Shown here: in pieces, positions 45,477-57,390 of the stretch
How positions within the stretch are numbered: the first letter of the stretch is position 1
Layout: every line of letters starts with the position of its first letter
DNA from: Eledone cirrhosa
Lineage: Eukaryota
DNA: 64,000 bases
Reading direction: 5' to 3'
NCBI GenBank assembly: GCA_964016885.1
Contig: OZ024750.1
Coordinates: forward strand, 52,142,001 to 52,206,000
Notes under the pieces: model-generated
The model's input: only the letters and a program-made list of their open reading frames with translations
Database searches by the model: none
Told to the model about the DNA's origin: nothing
Made by a program: the position numbers and the translations under genes

Positions 45477-46030
45477 TGTCTCATGGTCGGGTCGTTGGCG
45501 ACTAAACTGGCAACCCCACCAAGGTTTCTTGGTGAGGAGGGTGACTTTGGACATCCTGCAGGACTAAAAACAAAACCTGTCAAAGGGCAAAGGAGCTCTT
45601 AAGAGTCAATGGCCATCCAAAATCACCGGGAGAGATGACCCCTTAGCCTTTGTCAAGGCAGAATTCTAGGAGAAGGAAAACTCTGATATAACACCTGCAA
45701 CCCTGATGGTATCCAATGATGTTGACTTGTTCTTCTTTTTGGTAAATATCATCTTGGTTAAGAGAGTGGGACTGGCTTTGTGCAGTGCCTTTGCTCACTA
45801 TAAAAGCTTCACGGCACAGGCATTGCTTTATATCTGGAGATCTCTCTGCACTTGTCCTACCATGGGCCCAGCACTATGTGTCAATAATTGTCACAGGTGT
45901 AGTGTTTGTACCAGAGGTTTCAAGTCGCTGGCTGGACTAAAAAGTCACACTCGTTCAGCGCTTCGGTAGGGGTTATCCTACATGGATGTAAAGTAGTGGC
46001 CGTACTCGAAAACGAGTTGGCAGCCACCAT
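45477..46030 (+). mobile_element. Full copy of the non-autonomous RTE derivative
   Basis: Near-identical to 1929-2490 with the same 5' start. Confidence 0.88.
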
Positions 46031-47012
46031 ATATATATATATATATAATGTAATAAACAAGATAATTATTTCATTTACCAGTGGTTTCTTGAAGGCAGAT
46101 GTTTTGTCTATCTTCAGTTGTCAGAATGAATAAATAACATGGTGTTTTTATTAAATATGGATTTGAAAACAAAATTTAGGAAATATGAAAGTGAGGCTGA
46201 AAAAAAAAAAACGGACAAAAAGGAAATAGGGGAAAAAAATATAAAAAAAGTATATAAAAAAAAATATCCAGAACATATAGTACGTCGACATATACTTTCT
46301 GACATAAGCGTAATTACGTCTACATAGAAAAACGAACAGGAACATAAATACATACACATACATATACACAGATATATAAGCACTCAAATATGTACATATA
46401 TAAAAAGGGGGTGTACACACACACATATAAACATACATACATACAAACACAAAAACAAGCTCTATATATACGCGCACGTGTATATACACATACACACATG
46501 TATATACACATACATACCCATACACACATATACACGCATACACACATACATACACACACACACATATATATGTATATACATACACAATTCATATATACAT
46601 GCACAAGCACGTATCAAGCATGTTGGCATGACTCAGGACAGATTTAAAACCAGGTACTATGCACATGTCGCTTCTTTCAAACACCCTGAAAAAAGAATAG
46701 CAACGGTGCTGGCAAATAAAGTGTGGGAGTTTAAAGACAAAAACATTCCGTACACTATTGATTGGTCTATTTTAGACCATTCAAGAGAATACCAAAGGGA
46801 CACAAAGAAATGGTCTTTGTGTACTACGGAAAATTGCTCTATGGTTCTTATATATTTGATATATATTTATCCTTATCGAGCCCTCTTTGGATTTTAGTCT
46901 TCAAATTTATTATTATTACTATATAATATATATATATATATTATATATAGTAATAATAATAAATTTGAAGACTAAAATCCAAAATTTGTTTTATAAATCA
47001 AACCTTTGTATG

Positions 47013-47056
<44 letters not shown>

Positions 47057-47214
47057 TTGATTTATAAAACAAATTTTGTATTTTATCTGATGAAAGCACA
47101 CCAAAATTTGGCTTGGTTGCCCTTGAAATATACATAATAAAATAATTATGGTTTTATAAATATAGTTTCCATTTATTAATATAAAGTGTGTATATATATA
47201 TATCTATATATATA

Positions 47215-47590
47215 TAATAACTAGAAATTGATTAACATATATATAAACATGAATAATCACATAATTTTTACAAGTGTGTAACCACACATAGCTACGTAGG
47301 TAACTAAATAAAGTTGACCAGAACTTCAAAAATAGATACCTTATAAAATCCAAGTTGAAAATCCAAGTATCCACTTCCGTGGTTTACCATCCGATTAAAT
47401 GGTGAAATATATTTCTTTAATGGAATATATACAGAGAAGATTATTCATATTATAAGGTATCTATTTTTGAAGTTCTGGTCAACTTTATTTAGTTACCTAC
47501 CTAGCTATGTGTGGTTACACACTTGTAATAAATTATCTCCTGTGATTATTCACGTTTATTTATATGTTAATCAATTTCGAGTTATTATAA
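47215..47590. repeat. Fold-back: ~130-bp inverted arms
   Basis: 47215-47346 vs 47450-47590. Confidence 0.88.
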
Positions 47591-47714
47591 AATGCTCGGA
47601 CCTACTCGTTAGAATCTTAGAGCTTATTTTGCGGGTGATATAGCATGACACCCATAATTTTGATTTAGATTAAATTCATTTGATTTATCTTAATTTTGGA
47701 TATATAAATATATA

Positions 47715-50180
47715 TATGCAAAGTTTTATTTAAATTGTTGGGTTAACAACGAGTAAATATTTATAACTGATATAAAAGCACTCAACAAGTATTTGGAGTA
47801 TATTTACGATATTAAATAAATGGAAACTATATTTATAAAACCATATTTATTTCATTATATATATTTCAGGGATATCATATTAAAAATATGTTATGCCTTC
47901 TTCAGACAAAATACAATATAAACAGTCTTATAAATAGATAGATTCGACATACCTTTCAACTTCGACTTCTATTTGAAAAGTTGATTTGGTAGTGAAAAAA
48001 TATTAGGGACAGTTAAAAAGAAAGAAAGAAAAACGAAGAAAAAGAAGAAATGCATGCAACTAAATAGAGAGAGATAGATATAGAGAAGAAATTCATGTAA
48101 AGAAACAGAGAGAGATATATATTTTTTTAATGCTCTTGATAATCGCTTCCCTAGAACACATAGGTATCACTCAATTTTCAATAGACATACTATAAAATTA
48201 ACCTACTCATCCACCAAAAATTTAGCACAAAATATTAATAGAATAAATAATAGGAATTTAAAACCTAGCCAAAATACCGATAATAGCATAAATAATATCC
48301 AAGTTAACAAATGTAACTGTAGAGATAGATCTAAATGTCCGTTAAATAACAATTGCTTAGTTAAAAATATAATATACAACTGTAATGTTAAAACGGACTT
48401 AAATTCTTTTAACTATGTTGGTTCCACCTCGACAGAATTTAAATTTCGCTATAATAACCACAAGAATTCTTTCACAGATCCAAGCAAAAAATCCTCAACA
48501 TCACTATCGGGTCTACTCTGGCAACTTAGGCATGATAACGTTGGATATTCAACGGCTTGGAATATAGTCTCAAGAGGGATTCCTTTTAATTCATCCTCTG
48601 AGACATGTGACCTCTGCGCGGAGGAGATATTCTTTATACTAAAATCTAAAAATTCCCTTAATTTACGGACAAATTTATTCAGTTGCTGCAGACATAGATT
48701 GAACTCAACTTTTAAATATAAATATAAATTTAAAATGTAGTATATTTAATTTGATTTATAATTATTTATGAAACTCGCCGATAAATCTTTCGATTCCTTT
48801 TTATTTTAAACATTCTTCATGAATAATTAAACTACCCTAAAAGCTGATGCTCCAAATATATCGAATAAATTTTACACTAGATAAACTTCTATATTAAATA
48901 TAAGACCATCTGTAGATCAAATGGGTATCCTAAACTTTTGGAATGATTTCTGCTAGACAGGATTTGGTAAATAATTTTTGGTTTTGTTTGCTTTTGATTC
49001 TGATGCTTATAACGAACTTGGCAATATATTGTCAATTAACTTTGAAGGGTTGATCTCTGTGGTTGATTTGCGGAGCATACTATGTTTTATTTTAATTTTA
49101 ATATTTTTAATATTTTTAATATTTTTATTTTTAATATTTTTTTGTTTCTGATATTTTTATTGATATATTGATATCTGTTCTCTATTTATGCTTGAACGAT
49201 AATCATGTAGAGTAAAGACATGAATAGTATTGTTAAAATTGATGTAGACTCTATATATATTTGTGTGTATGTACACATATATGTATACTTAAATTTTTAT
49301 AGCACAATGAGAATGTTTTCGTGTGAAATAGGAATTTGCAGAGCTGATCACGTAAATTCACATGGATGTATATAGTATAAAATCTGGGATAACCTTCTAT
49401 TTTATCTCAATTCTAATATAAACCTAAGAATTTTAAACTAGACATATGATCATTAGTTTTCACACATTATTGATACGTGTCTCATTCATGAATGCTGATA
49501 TTTACATTATAATGCCTGTTTTATACGAATTGATATTTTTTACATTGATGAAACAGTGTTTTAATTCTGCCTCGTTTTTGTCTGGATATTTTTCTTTTCT
49601 CTCTATGTAACGGCTGCTTTCTCTCCTAACCACATATATCTCTCTCTACATTAATACTAGAGATAAATAAATAAATAAATAAATATATCATTGATACGTC
49701 ATTCAACTGGTGCCCAACTACCTAGTTTCTTTCTCTCTATCTATATCTATCTCTCTATATTTTCTCTCTCTCTCTCTCTCTCCTCTCTTCTCTCTCTCTC
49801 TCTCTCTCTCTCTACCTATCTCCCTCTGTGTTTTTTTTCCTCTCTCTATATATCTCTCTCTGTTTCTTTACATGAATTTCTTCTCTATATCTATCTCTAT
49901 ATCTATCTCTCTCTATTTAGTTGCATGCATTTCTTCTTTTTCTTCGTTTTTCTTTCTTTCTTTTTAACTGTCCCTAATATTTTTTCACTACCAAATCAAC
50001 TTTTCAAATAGAAGTCGAAGTTGAAAGGTATGTCGAATCTATCTATTTATAAGACTGTTTATATTGTATTTTGTCTGAAGAAGGCATAACATATTTTTAA
50101 TATGATATCCCTGAAATATATATAATGAAATAAATATGGTTTTATAAATATAGTTTCCATTTATTTAATATCGTAAATAT
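47715..50180 (+). mobile_element. Inner 5'-truncated Penelope-like element with an inverted 5' pLTR (47715-48120) and a direct 3' pLTR (49848-50180)
   Basis: ~320-bp near-identical inverted arms, each with an AUA hammerhead, flanking a GIY-YIG frame. Confidence 0.88.
48123..48740 (+). CDS. Uninterrupted 205-aa C-terminal frame of a Penelope polyprotein (Cys linker + GIY-YIG); no start codon, absent from the ORF track
   Basis: Hand translation: FPRTHRYHSIFNRHTIKLTYS..CNCRDRSKCPLNNNCLVKNIIY..YVGSTSTEFKFRYNNH..CDLCAEE..CRH..TAG. Confidence 0.85.
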   Translation, partial: FFNALDNRFPRTHRYHSIFNRHTIKLTYSSTKNLAQNINRINNRNLKPSQNTDNSINNIQVNKCNCRDRSKCPLNNNCLVKNIIYNCNVKTDLNSFNYVGSTSTEFKFRYNNHKNSFTDPSKKSSTSLSGLLWQLRHDNVGYSTAWNIVSRGIPFNSSSETCDLCAEEIFFILKSKNSLNLRTNLFSCCRHRLNSTFKYKYKFKM

Positions 50181-50295
50181 ATATATATATATATATATAG
50201 TATACAGAGATCGGAATTAAGAGTATTCTGTAGTTCACAGTAATAATAATAATATTAGCTCAAAGAGGAATAGAGAATTTTCTTCTGAGCTCAAC

Positions 50296-50580
50296 TATAA
50301 ATATATTACACAAAGAGAGGTGTGTTACACAGTGAGATGTGTGTAAAGAATTATTACAAGTGATTTTTAACGAACTTGATTCGTATCAGCAAACTTATAG
50401 TTATAAGGTTGGTGATTTAAAACTCTGCTTCAGAGATTTGATTCTGACTTAGTTTTTTTCTATTTAATTGCTAAACCTGTAGATATTGTTCTCTATACAG
50501 TAACGGTAGAAATCACTTGTAATGATTCTTTACACACATCTCACTGTGTAACACACTTCTCTTTGTGTAATATATTTATA
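50296..50580. repeat. Fold-back: ~70-bp inverted arms
   Basis: 50296-50366 vs 50510-50580. Confidence 0.85.
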
Positions 50581-50894
50581 TTTGTATATATATATATATA
50601 TGCATATCGTGTGTATTTGTTTATTTTTAAGTTGTTTTTATTTATCCCCCCCCCCCCCCGCACACACACACACACACACACGCTCACACCTTTCGTTGTC
50701 AACACGTTTCCTTTTTTTACTTTTGATTTTATATATATATATATATATATTTATTTTTTTTATTTTTTTTTGTTCTTATTTATTTATTTATTTATTTGTT
50801 TCTGTTTCTAAACTACTTCCCAATGACTCGCAAATATTGACACGTGCTTGTGTATATATGTATGTATGTGCATGTGTGCATGTATATATGTGTG

Positions 50895-50935
<41 letters not shown>

Positions 50936-51789
50936 ATATTAAATAAATGGAAACTATATTTATAAAACCCCTTTTATTTTATTATATATATTTCAAAGGT
51001 ACCAAAACACCTTGGTACGGTTTCTTCAGATAAAATACAAAGTTTTTTTTATTGTTTTATATATGTGTGTGTGTACATATTTGAGTGCATATATATCTGT
51101 GTATATATATGTGTATGTATATATGTTTCTGTTCGTTTTTCTATGTAGACACAAATACGCTTAGTGAGAAAGTATACGTCTACGTACTATTAGGTATATG
51201 CGCATAGTTGAGTGTGTGTATGTTTATGTTCTGGATATTTATATTTTTATATATATTTTTTTTATTTTTTCCCCCTATTTCCTTTTCGCCCGTTTTTTTC
51301 AACCTCACTTTCATATTTCCTAAATTTTGTTTTCAAATCCATATTTAATAAAAACACCATGTTTTTTATTCCTTCTGAAGATAGACAGAACATCTGCCTT
51401 CACGAAACCACTAGTAAATGAAATAATTATCTTGTGTTGTTTATTACATAACTAATAAGCTCTGTAGCCTACATAGAGCACTCTTTTTTTCCTGTACCTT
51501 TCCGACGGAAATACTTCACATATATAATGTATATATAAAATAAGTCAAATATGTAAAATTTGGTTTTGTTTATTATAAATTATAGATATACTCGTCATCA
51601 TCATCATCATCTTCGTTTAACGTCCATTTTCCACGCTAGCATTTAGGTGACGGCCATCATTGGCTGTGAACTCTTCAGGTAGTCCGAATTGGTGTGGGAG
51701 AGACAGGTACACATGTTGTTGAAGTGTGTTTTACTCCGTCAATACACCGATATGTCCAGCTCCTGGTTGTGTTATTTCTCTGAGGAACT

Positions 51790-53672
51790 GGAATCATATG
51801 TGTATGGGGGTCATACCAAAAGACTGGCGTAGCAGTATCATCATTAACTGCTACAAGGGTAAAGGGGATGCTCTAGATAGGGGAAACTATAGAAGCATTA
51901 AGTTAGTTGACCAGGTCATGAAGGTCACAGAAAGAGTTATGGCGCAACTAATCAGAGAGCGAATTGATCTAGATAAAATGCAGTTTGGGCTTGTTGGGTA
52001 AAAGTACCACAGACGCTCTTTTCCTTGTACGACAACTACAGGAGAAGTACTTAGCTAAAAGTAAACCCCTCTACTTAGCTTTTGTAGATCTGGAGAAAGC
52101 CTTTGACAGTCCCCTGCTCCATTATCTGGTGGGCTCTTAGAAAACTAGGTGTAGATGAATGGCTTGTGAGAGCTATACAAGCTATGTATACAGAAACAGT
52201 CAGTAAGGTTAGAATTAACATTGAATATAGTGAACAATTTAGTGTAAAAGTTCATCAAGGCTCTGTCTTTAGCCCCCTCTTATTTATTTTTGCCCTTCAG
52301 GCTATAACAGGAGTTTAAGACCGGCTGCCCATGGGAACCCCTATATGCAGGTGATCTAACTCTCATAGCTGAATCTATGGCTGAACTAGAGAAGAAATTC
52401 CAAACATGGAAGCTTGGCCTAGAATCAAAAGGCCTTAAAGTTCTAGTATGTAGAAAGGAAAATAGGGCACAGGTGTCCTCAGGGAAATGGCCATGCTCAG
52501 TGTGTAGGAAAGGAGTAGGTAGAAATTCCATTTTATGTCCCAAATGCAAACTATGGGTACATGAAAGATGTAGTGGGATCACAGGTAAACCATCTAAGAA
52601 CGTAAATTTTGTATGTGGCCGGTGCTCAGGTGCAATAAGTAGTAAGTGCTACTAGCTAAGATACTAGCTCCTTCTATTGCCCAGATGGTTCTATAGAAAT
52701 AGTGGACACTTTACATTACCTGTGTGACAAAATTAGCAGTGGTGGAGGGTGTTCTGAAAGTACAGTAGCCAGAGTTAGAACGGGATGGAAAAAGTTCAGA
52801 GCTGACACTGCTGTTGGCCACAAAAGGTTTCTCTCTAAGAATGAAAGGCAGATTGTATGATGCTTGTATATGAACGGCAATGCTACATGACAGTGAGACA
52901 TGGGCAGTGTGTGCAGAGGACTTGCGCAAACTTGAAAGGAACGAAGCTTGCATGCTCTGTTGGATGTGTAATAGTAATATATGCGAACAGCAAAAGATAA
53001 ATGAACTAAGGGAGAAATTAGGAATAAGAGGGATCAGATGCTGTTTACTTGAGAGAAGACTACGTTGGTATGGCCATGTGATGCTCATGAAAGACAGCTG
53101 TATAAAAAAGTCCAGGGCAATCAAAATTAATGGAAGGTATGGAGTAGGTAGACCCAGAAAAAACCTGGGATGATTTGGTAAATTCCGACCTTACACACTT
53201 GCACCTCTCTAAGACATCACTGGACCCGAGATCTTTGGCGCCACACAGGCAAGGCGGGTCTTCTGTATTACTATGTACAAAGCGAAACCTACAGTCAGTA
53301 GGCACCTCTTAACCAAATATACACCCAATCCACTACCCCTACTCCATACTCCCACCAACACTGCCCTCCCTCTGTAAAGTTGGTACCACAACATCCAGTC
53401 CAAATAAATGAGATATTGAGATCGTGTAGGTGTCACAACAAAAAAACACACTGTAATGTGGCCGTGTAGCTAACACGGTAAAAAGTTCCCAGTTCCACAC
53501 TGTAAATGTGGTTGCTGTTAGGAAGGGCATCCAACTGTAGAAAACCTGCCAGACAGTCCTATACGAGCGAGACACGGTCACCTGACCAACCTTGCCTCAA
53601 GTGGGACAACTCCCGTCTAACCAATGCCAGTGTGGAAGATAGACGTTAAACGATGATGATGATGATGATGAT
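51790..53672 (+). mobile_element. Degenerate 5'-truncated RTE-group LINE with a PHD-like insert and a (GAT)n tail
   Basis: NYRSIKL, AFVDLEKAFD, VHQGSVFSPLLF, SETW, RLRWYGHV, GRPRK; tail GACGTTAAACGATGATGAT. Confidence 0.88.
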
Positions 53673-54241
53673 ATATATATGTATGTGTGTGTGTATATAT
53701 ATGTCTATATATATAATTGTGCATATGTATATATAAAATGGGGAGAGATGTGAGGATGATGCCTTAACTATTTCAGAGAGAAGAAAAAAACTGATAATGT
53801 TTGAAACTTTATCTCTCCTTTCAGAGAAATATTTGTGATTAGTTTAACCTGGATTTCTCTCTTATCTTTTTGCCACACCAGTCAGCCATCACCACCAATA
53901 CTGTAATCCCACTGAAGTTAGTCCTGTAGTAGCTGTATATTATCCCACTTTTCTATCACATTGACAACCTCACTGAAACTCTTCCATGTTTTTTTTGCTA
54001 AATATTAACAGATCTATTTCCTCAAGGACCATACTAACAATCTTCTCTTCATTTGCACTTTTCTGATCCAACATAAATCCACATTCTACAATTAACCCTT
54101 TTGATAAGAAAATTTCTTGAAACTGCTCCTTTTTTCATGATACAGAACTGTTTTAAAATATATATATTTATCTAATTATCTTCCATCATAATTTTATGGA
54201 AAAAGCTTTATTAAATTAATGTTCCAAACACCAATTTAAAA

Positions 54242-54435
54242 AATTGTTTCTACTTTTTGCACAAGGCCAGCAATTATCCTAGTGCATTACTGGTGCTTTT
54301 TTTTTTTTTTTTTTTTATCGACTTTGTAAGGCTGAAAAGTAACAAAAACCTTGGCGGGTTTTGAACTCAGACCGTAAAGGGCCGTGACTCTATGTTGCAA
54401 AGCATGGCGTCCGACCCTCTACCAATACTACCAAT
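54242..54435 (-). mobile_element. tRNA-derived SINE
   Basis: Reverse-complement copy. Confidence 0.85.
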
Positions 54436-55217
54436 TAGTTATACTAATAGATCTTTCCAAATTCTTGATTATTTTCAAAATTATTTGAAAATTATGCAGT
54501 TCCTTTCATTAAAAATATGGTATGAAAAGTTTAATGTAAGCAGCTCAGGACTTTCCTCCATGTCACATTCCCACAGAATGGCGCACAATCTCAGAATTTG
54601 CATTAACAACCATAATAAAGTGCCATGTGTGTTTTTATATTCATTTACATATTTCTTTGTAAGTGTAAATATTAAAGAGTTACAGACAGACAAAACATTT
54701 TCTATCTCGGGTTGCTACAATAAGAAGTTTACATTCAAAACACATGGTCCTGGATTATAACCCTACATTTATCTCTTGTACATACATTTTATCATGGCAT
54801 TTGTACATACATACTGAACATTTATGTAATTGTATCCTAGAAAATAAATTAAAACCTTATTCTTTTCTTTAATCACTTCCACATGTCAGTATTCAGCATA
54901 CACTATAAGGTTTCTCTTAGCAAATTACTGATTTATCAAAATGCAAATTTCCTGGTTTGTATGAATGTTCATATCATTCATTCTGGACCCTAGGACATTT
55001 AATGCTGTCAATATTGGTGGTGCAGATCCACTAACTTAGACATAATTTACAGAGCAGCATTTTGGAAGACATAAAAATAGTTATTTTGTAAGAACAAAAT
55101 AGTTTATATAAAGCTTTGTCAGATATGTCGGTATGGTTGTTTTGGGAAAACCAGTAAAATGCAAATGGGGGGGAAAAAGAGCAAAATAAGGTAGTTTTTT
55201 TTATTTTTTATTACACC

Positions 55218-55465
55218 CTACCCCATCCTCCCATTTCCATCCACTGTGTCGGTGACACAACAAAAAGCACTGTCTACACTGTAAAGTGGTCGTGTAGGGG
55301 ACACGGTAAAAAGGCTCCAAGTCCACTCTGTAATAGTGGTTGGTGTTAAAGACATCCAGCTGTAAAAAATCTGCCAGTCACTTCTGTACGAGTGAGACAC
55401 GGTCTCCCGACCAAAACCGCCTAACCCATGCTAGCATGGAAGATGTACGTTAAATGATGATGATA
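55218..55465 (+). mobile_element. 3' UTR/tail fragment related to 53400-53672
   Basis: Shared ACACGGTAAAAAG..CATCCA.CTGTA..GAGACACGGTC..GTTAAATGATGATGAT. Confidence 0.75.
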
Positions 55466-56732
55466 CTCTGTTCTAGTTTTTACTCTTGTATTTATTATTT
55501 GCATTGTACCAACTATCCCAAAGCAATCATAACTTTAGTTGTAACTAAATCTATCTAGCTTATCAATTCTTAGCTGTGTGGTTAAGAACTTTACCACCAT
55601 ATAGTTTTGGATTTGATATTATTGAGTGACACCTTGGGCAAGTGTCTGCTAGAGCTTCAGGCCAATCAATGCCTTGTTAATGTTACCATATTTCATTATA
55701 TTTCCAACAAAAGACACTGCTTATGGTTTTCAAATAATTTTGAAAACCATAAGTGTCAGGTGGATTTAGTATAACTTTCTCATTAATTAGCTAGTGTTTG
55801 GAACAAAACTTTAAAAAATGTTTTACTTAAAGTTATGATAGATTTTTTTTAGATAAATATAAGCACTTTAAAACCTTTAAAACACAATTTCTGTATGAGA
55901 GAACGAGAAGCAGTTTGGCATGAAAATGGTTAAACAATCAGTGCTGTTTATGTAGCGCAGTTTAGTGGTTTAACAGATGGTCAGTGGAATTAGGAGTAAC
56001 ACAGTAAAAAATATAAGGGTTCATGTCATAAAGGACATCCAGCCATAGTGGTGCTTCATAAAGTGTTGGCCCATGCTAGAATGGATGTACAACTGTTGAT
56101 GATTATTAAAGGATTATAGTAAGACAGTAATCACAGATATGTCACTGAAGAATGTCAGATATACTAATGAAAAAATTATTTAGTACCTAAGATGTATTTT
56201 GATTGGAACTGATTGTGTGTGTCTGTCTGTCTGTCCCATGTTTTTAGAATAGGTACACAGTATCCTTGTGTTGTAAAAGGCAACTGAAAGAGCATTTTGG
56301 GGTTAAACATTGCTTTAAAAAACCTGTTCAACCCATGCCAGCATGGAAAATTGGATGGAAAAACGATTATGAAGATAAAAATATTTATTTGGGAGATATG
56401 AATAAATCTATTTATCATTCTGTTTTCTTGATGTTGCTTGTTATCTCAGTTCCATTTAAAATAGCATGCTACACCTGTCTAACACACCTACCTTTCCTTC
56501 TGCCTTGCTTAAGACATGTTTAAAGTGTTTTACAAATCTTTCACCTCCAAAACTGTATCTCTATAGTTCCTTATCTACGGATATTTCATTTCCCAGTGGC
56601 CAACCTTCAACATTTCCTCAAGCGAAACATAATACGCTACCAATTGTACCTTTTCCATCTCTACAGAACAGATATCATCATCATCGCTGTTTTACATCCG
56701 TGTTCCATGCTGGTATAAGTTCACCATGTGTG

Positions 56733-57390
56733 TATACACACAAGATGCAATCAGGAAATTTTGAGACTTTTTCAGGAGACATTTATTAATTTCAAAGCTC
56801 TTATCCCCTTCAAAGTAGGATCCTTTGGCTTCAATGCACTTGTAGTGTTCCAACCAATTCGTGAAGGCCCCATAAAAGTTCTTCAAAGTGAAGGTGTTCA
56901 GGACCCTTCACCTTCTTAATGTCTTCAAAATGACTGCCCCTGAGGTTCTCCTTTAGCTTGGGGGACAACCAAATGTCACGGGAAGCAAGGTAGGGAGAGG
57001 GATGGGGTAGTTTTGATGCCCATCTCTGTCCTTCCTTCTGTTTGTCACTGACCCCCTAGGAACAAACTTTGCAAACATTTTTCACATGTTCAGATCTTCA
57101 TAAATAATTCTGTCCACAGTTGCCACACTAACTCCAAAGTGTATGTTTATTGTCTTAATAAACACACAAGTCTTCATCCAGAAAATTGTAAAATTTCCTC
57201 AACCAGTGTTGATGTTCTAACATCTCTCTCCTCCCACACCTCTAATTATCTCTCACCTCCTCTCTACTGAGCTCAGATCATACAAGTTAATCCATAAGCA
57301 GCCTGGAGCATTTCACAAGTTGCTAGCATTTTTGCCTAGTTTAACACAAAACTTTATTGCATAGTGAGCTTCCAAATTGTCTTCATGTTC
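56733..57390 (-). mobile_element. Degenerate mariner-type transposon
   Basis: WLEHYKCIEAKGSYFEGDKSF resembles the mariner transposase C-terminus (W..C....G.YFE); TA at the end. Confidence 0.7.

Larger units (their letters stand above)
46047..51450 (+). mobile_element. Outer Penelope-like unit: inverted pLTR arms (46047-46430 / 51060-51450) enclosing a GIY-YIG fragment (46610-46835) and nested insertions
   Basis: Arms are reverse complements, with hammerheads at 46066-46133(-) and 51366-51426(+); HVGMTQDRFKTRY..LANKVWEFK..IDWSI..LCTTE. Confidence 0.7.

Noticed and set aside
51593-51650. Inverted RTE tail at the left end of the 51790-53672 LINE as a second inversion event
   Set aside because: This tail is common in the window in both orientations; an independent insertion is the simpler explanation.
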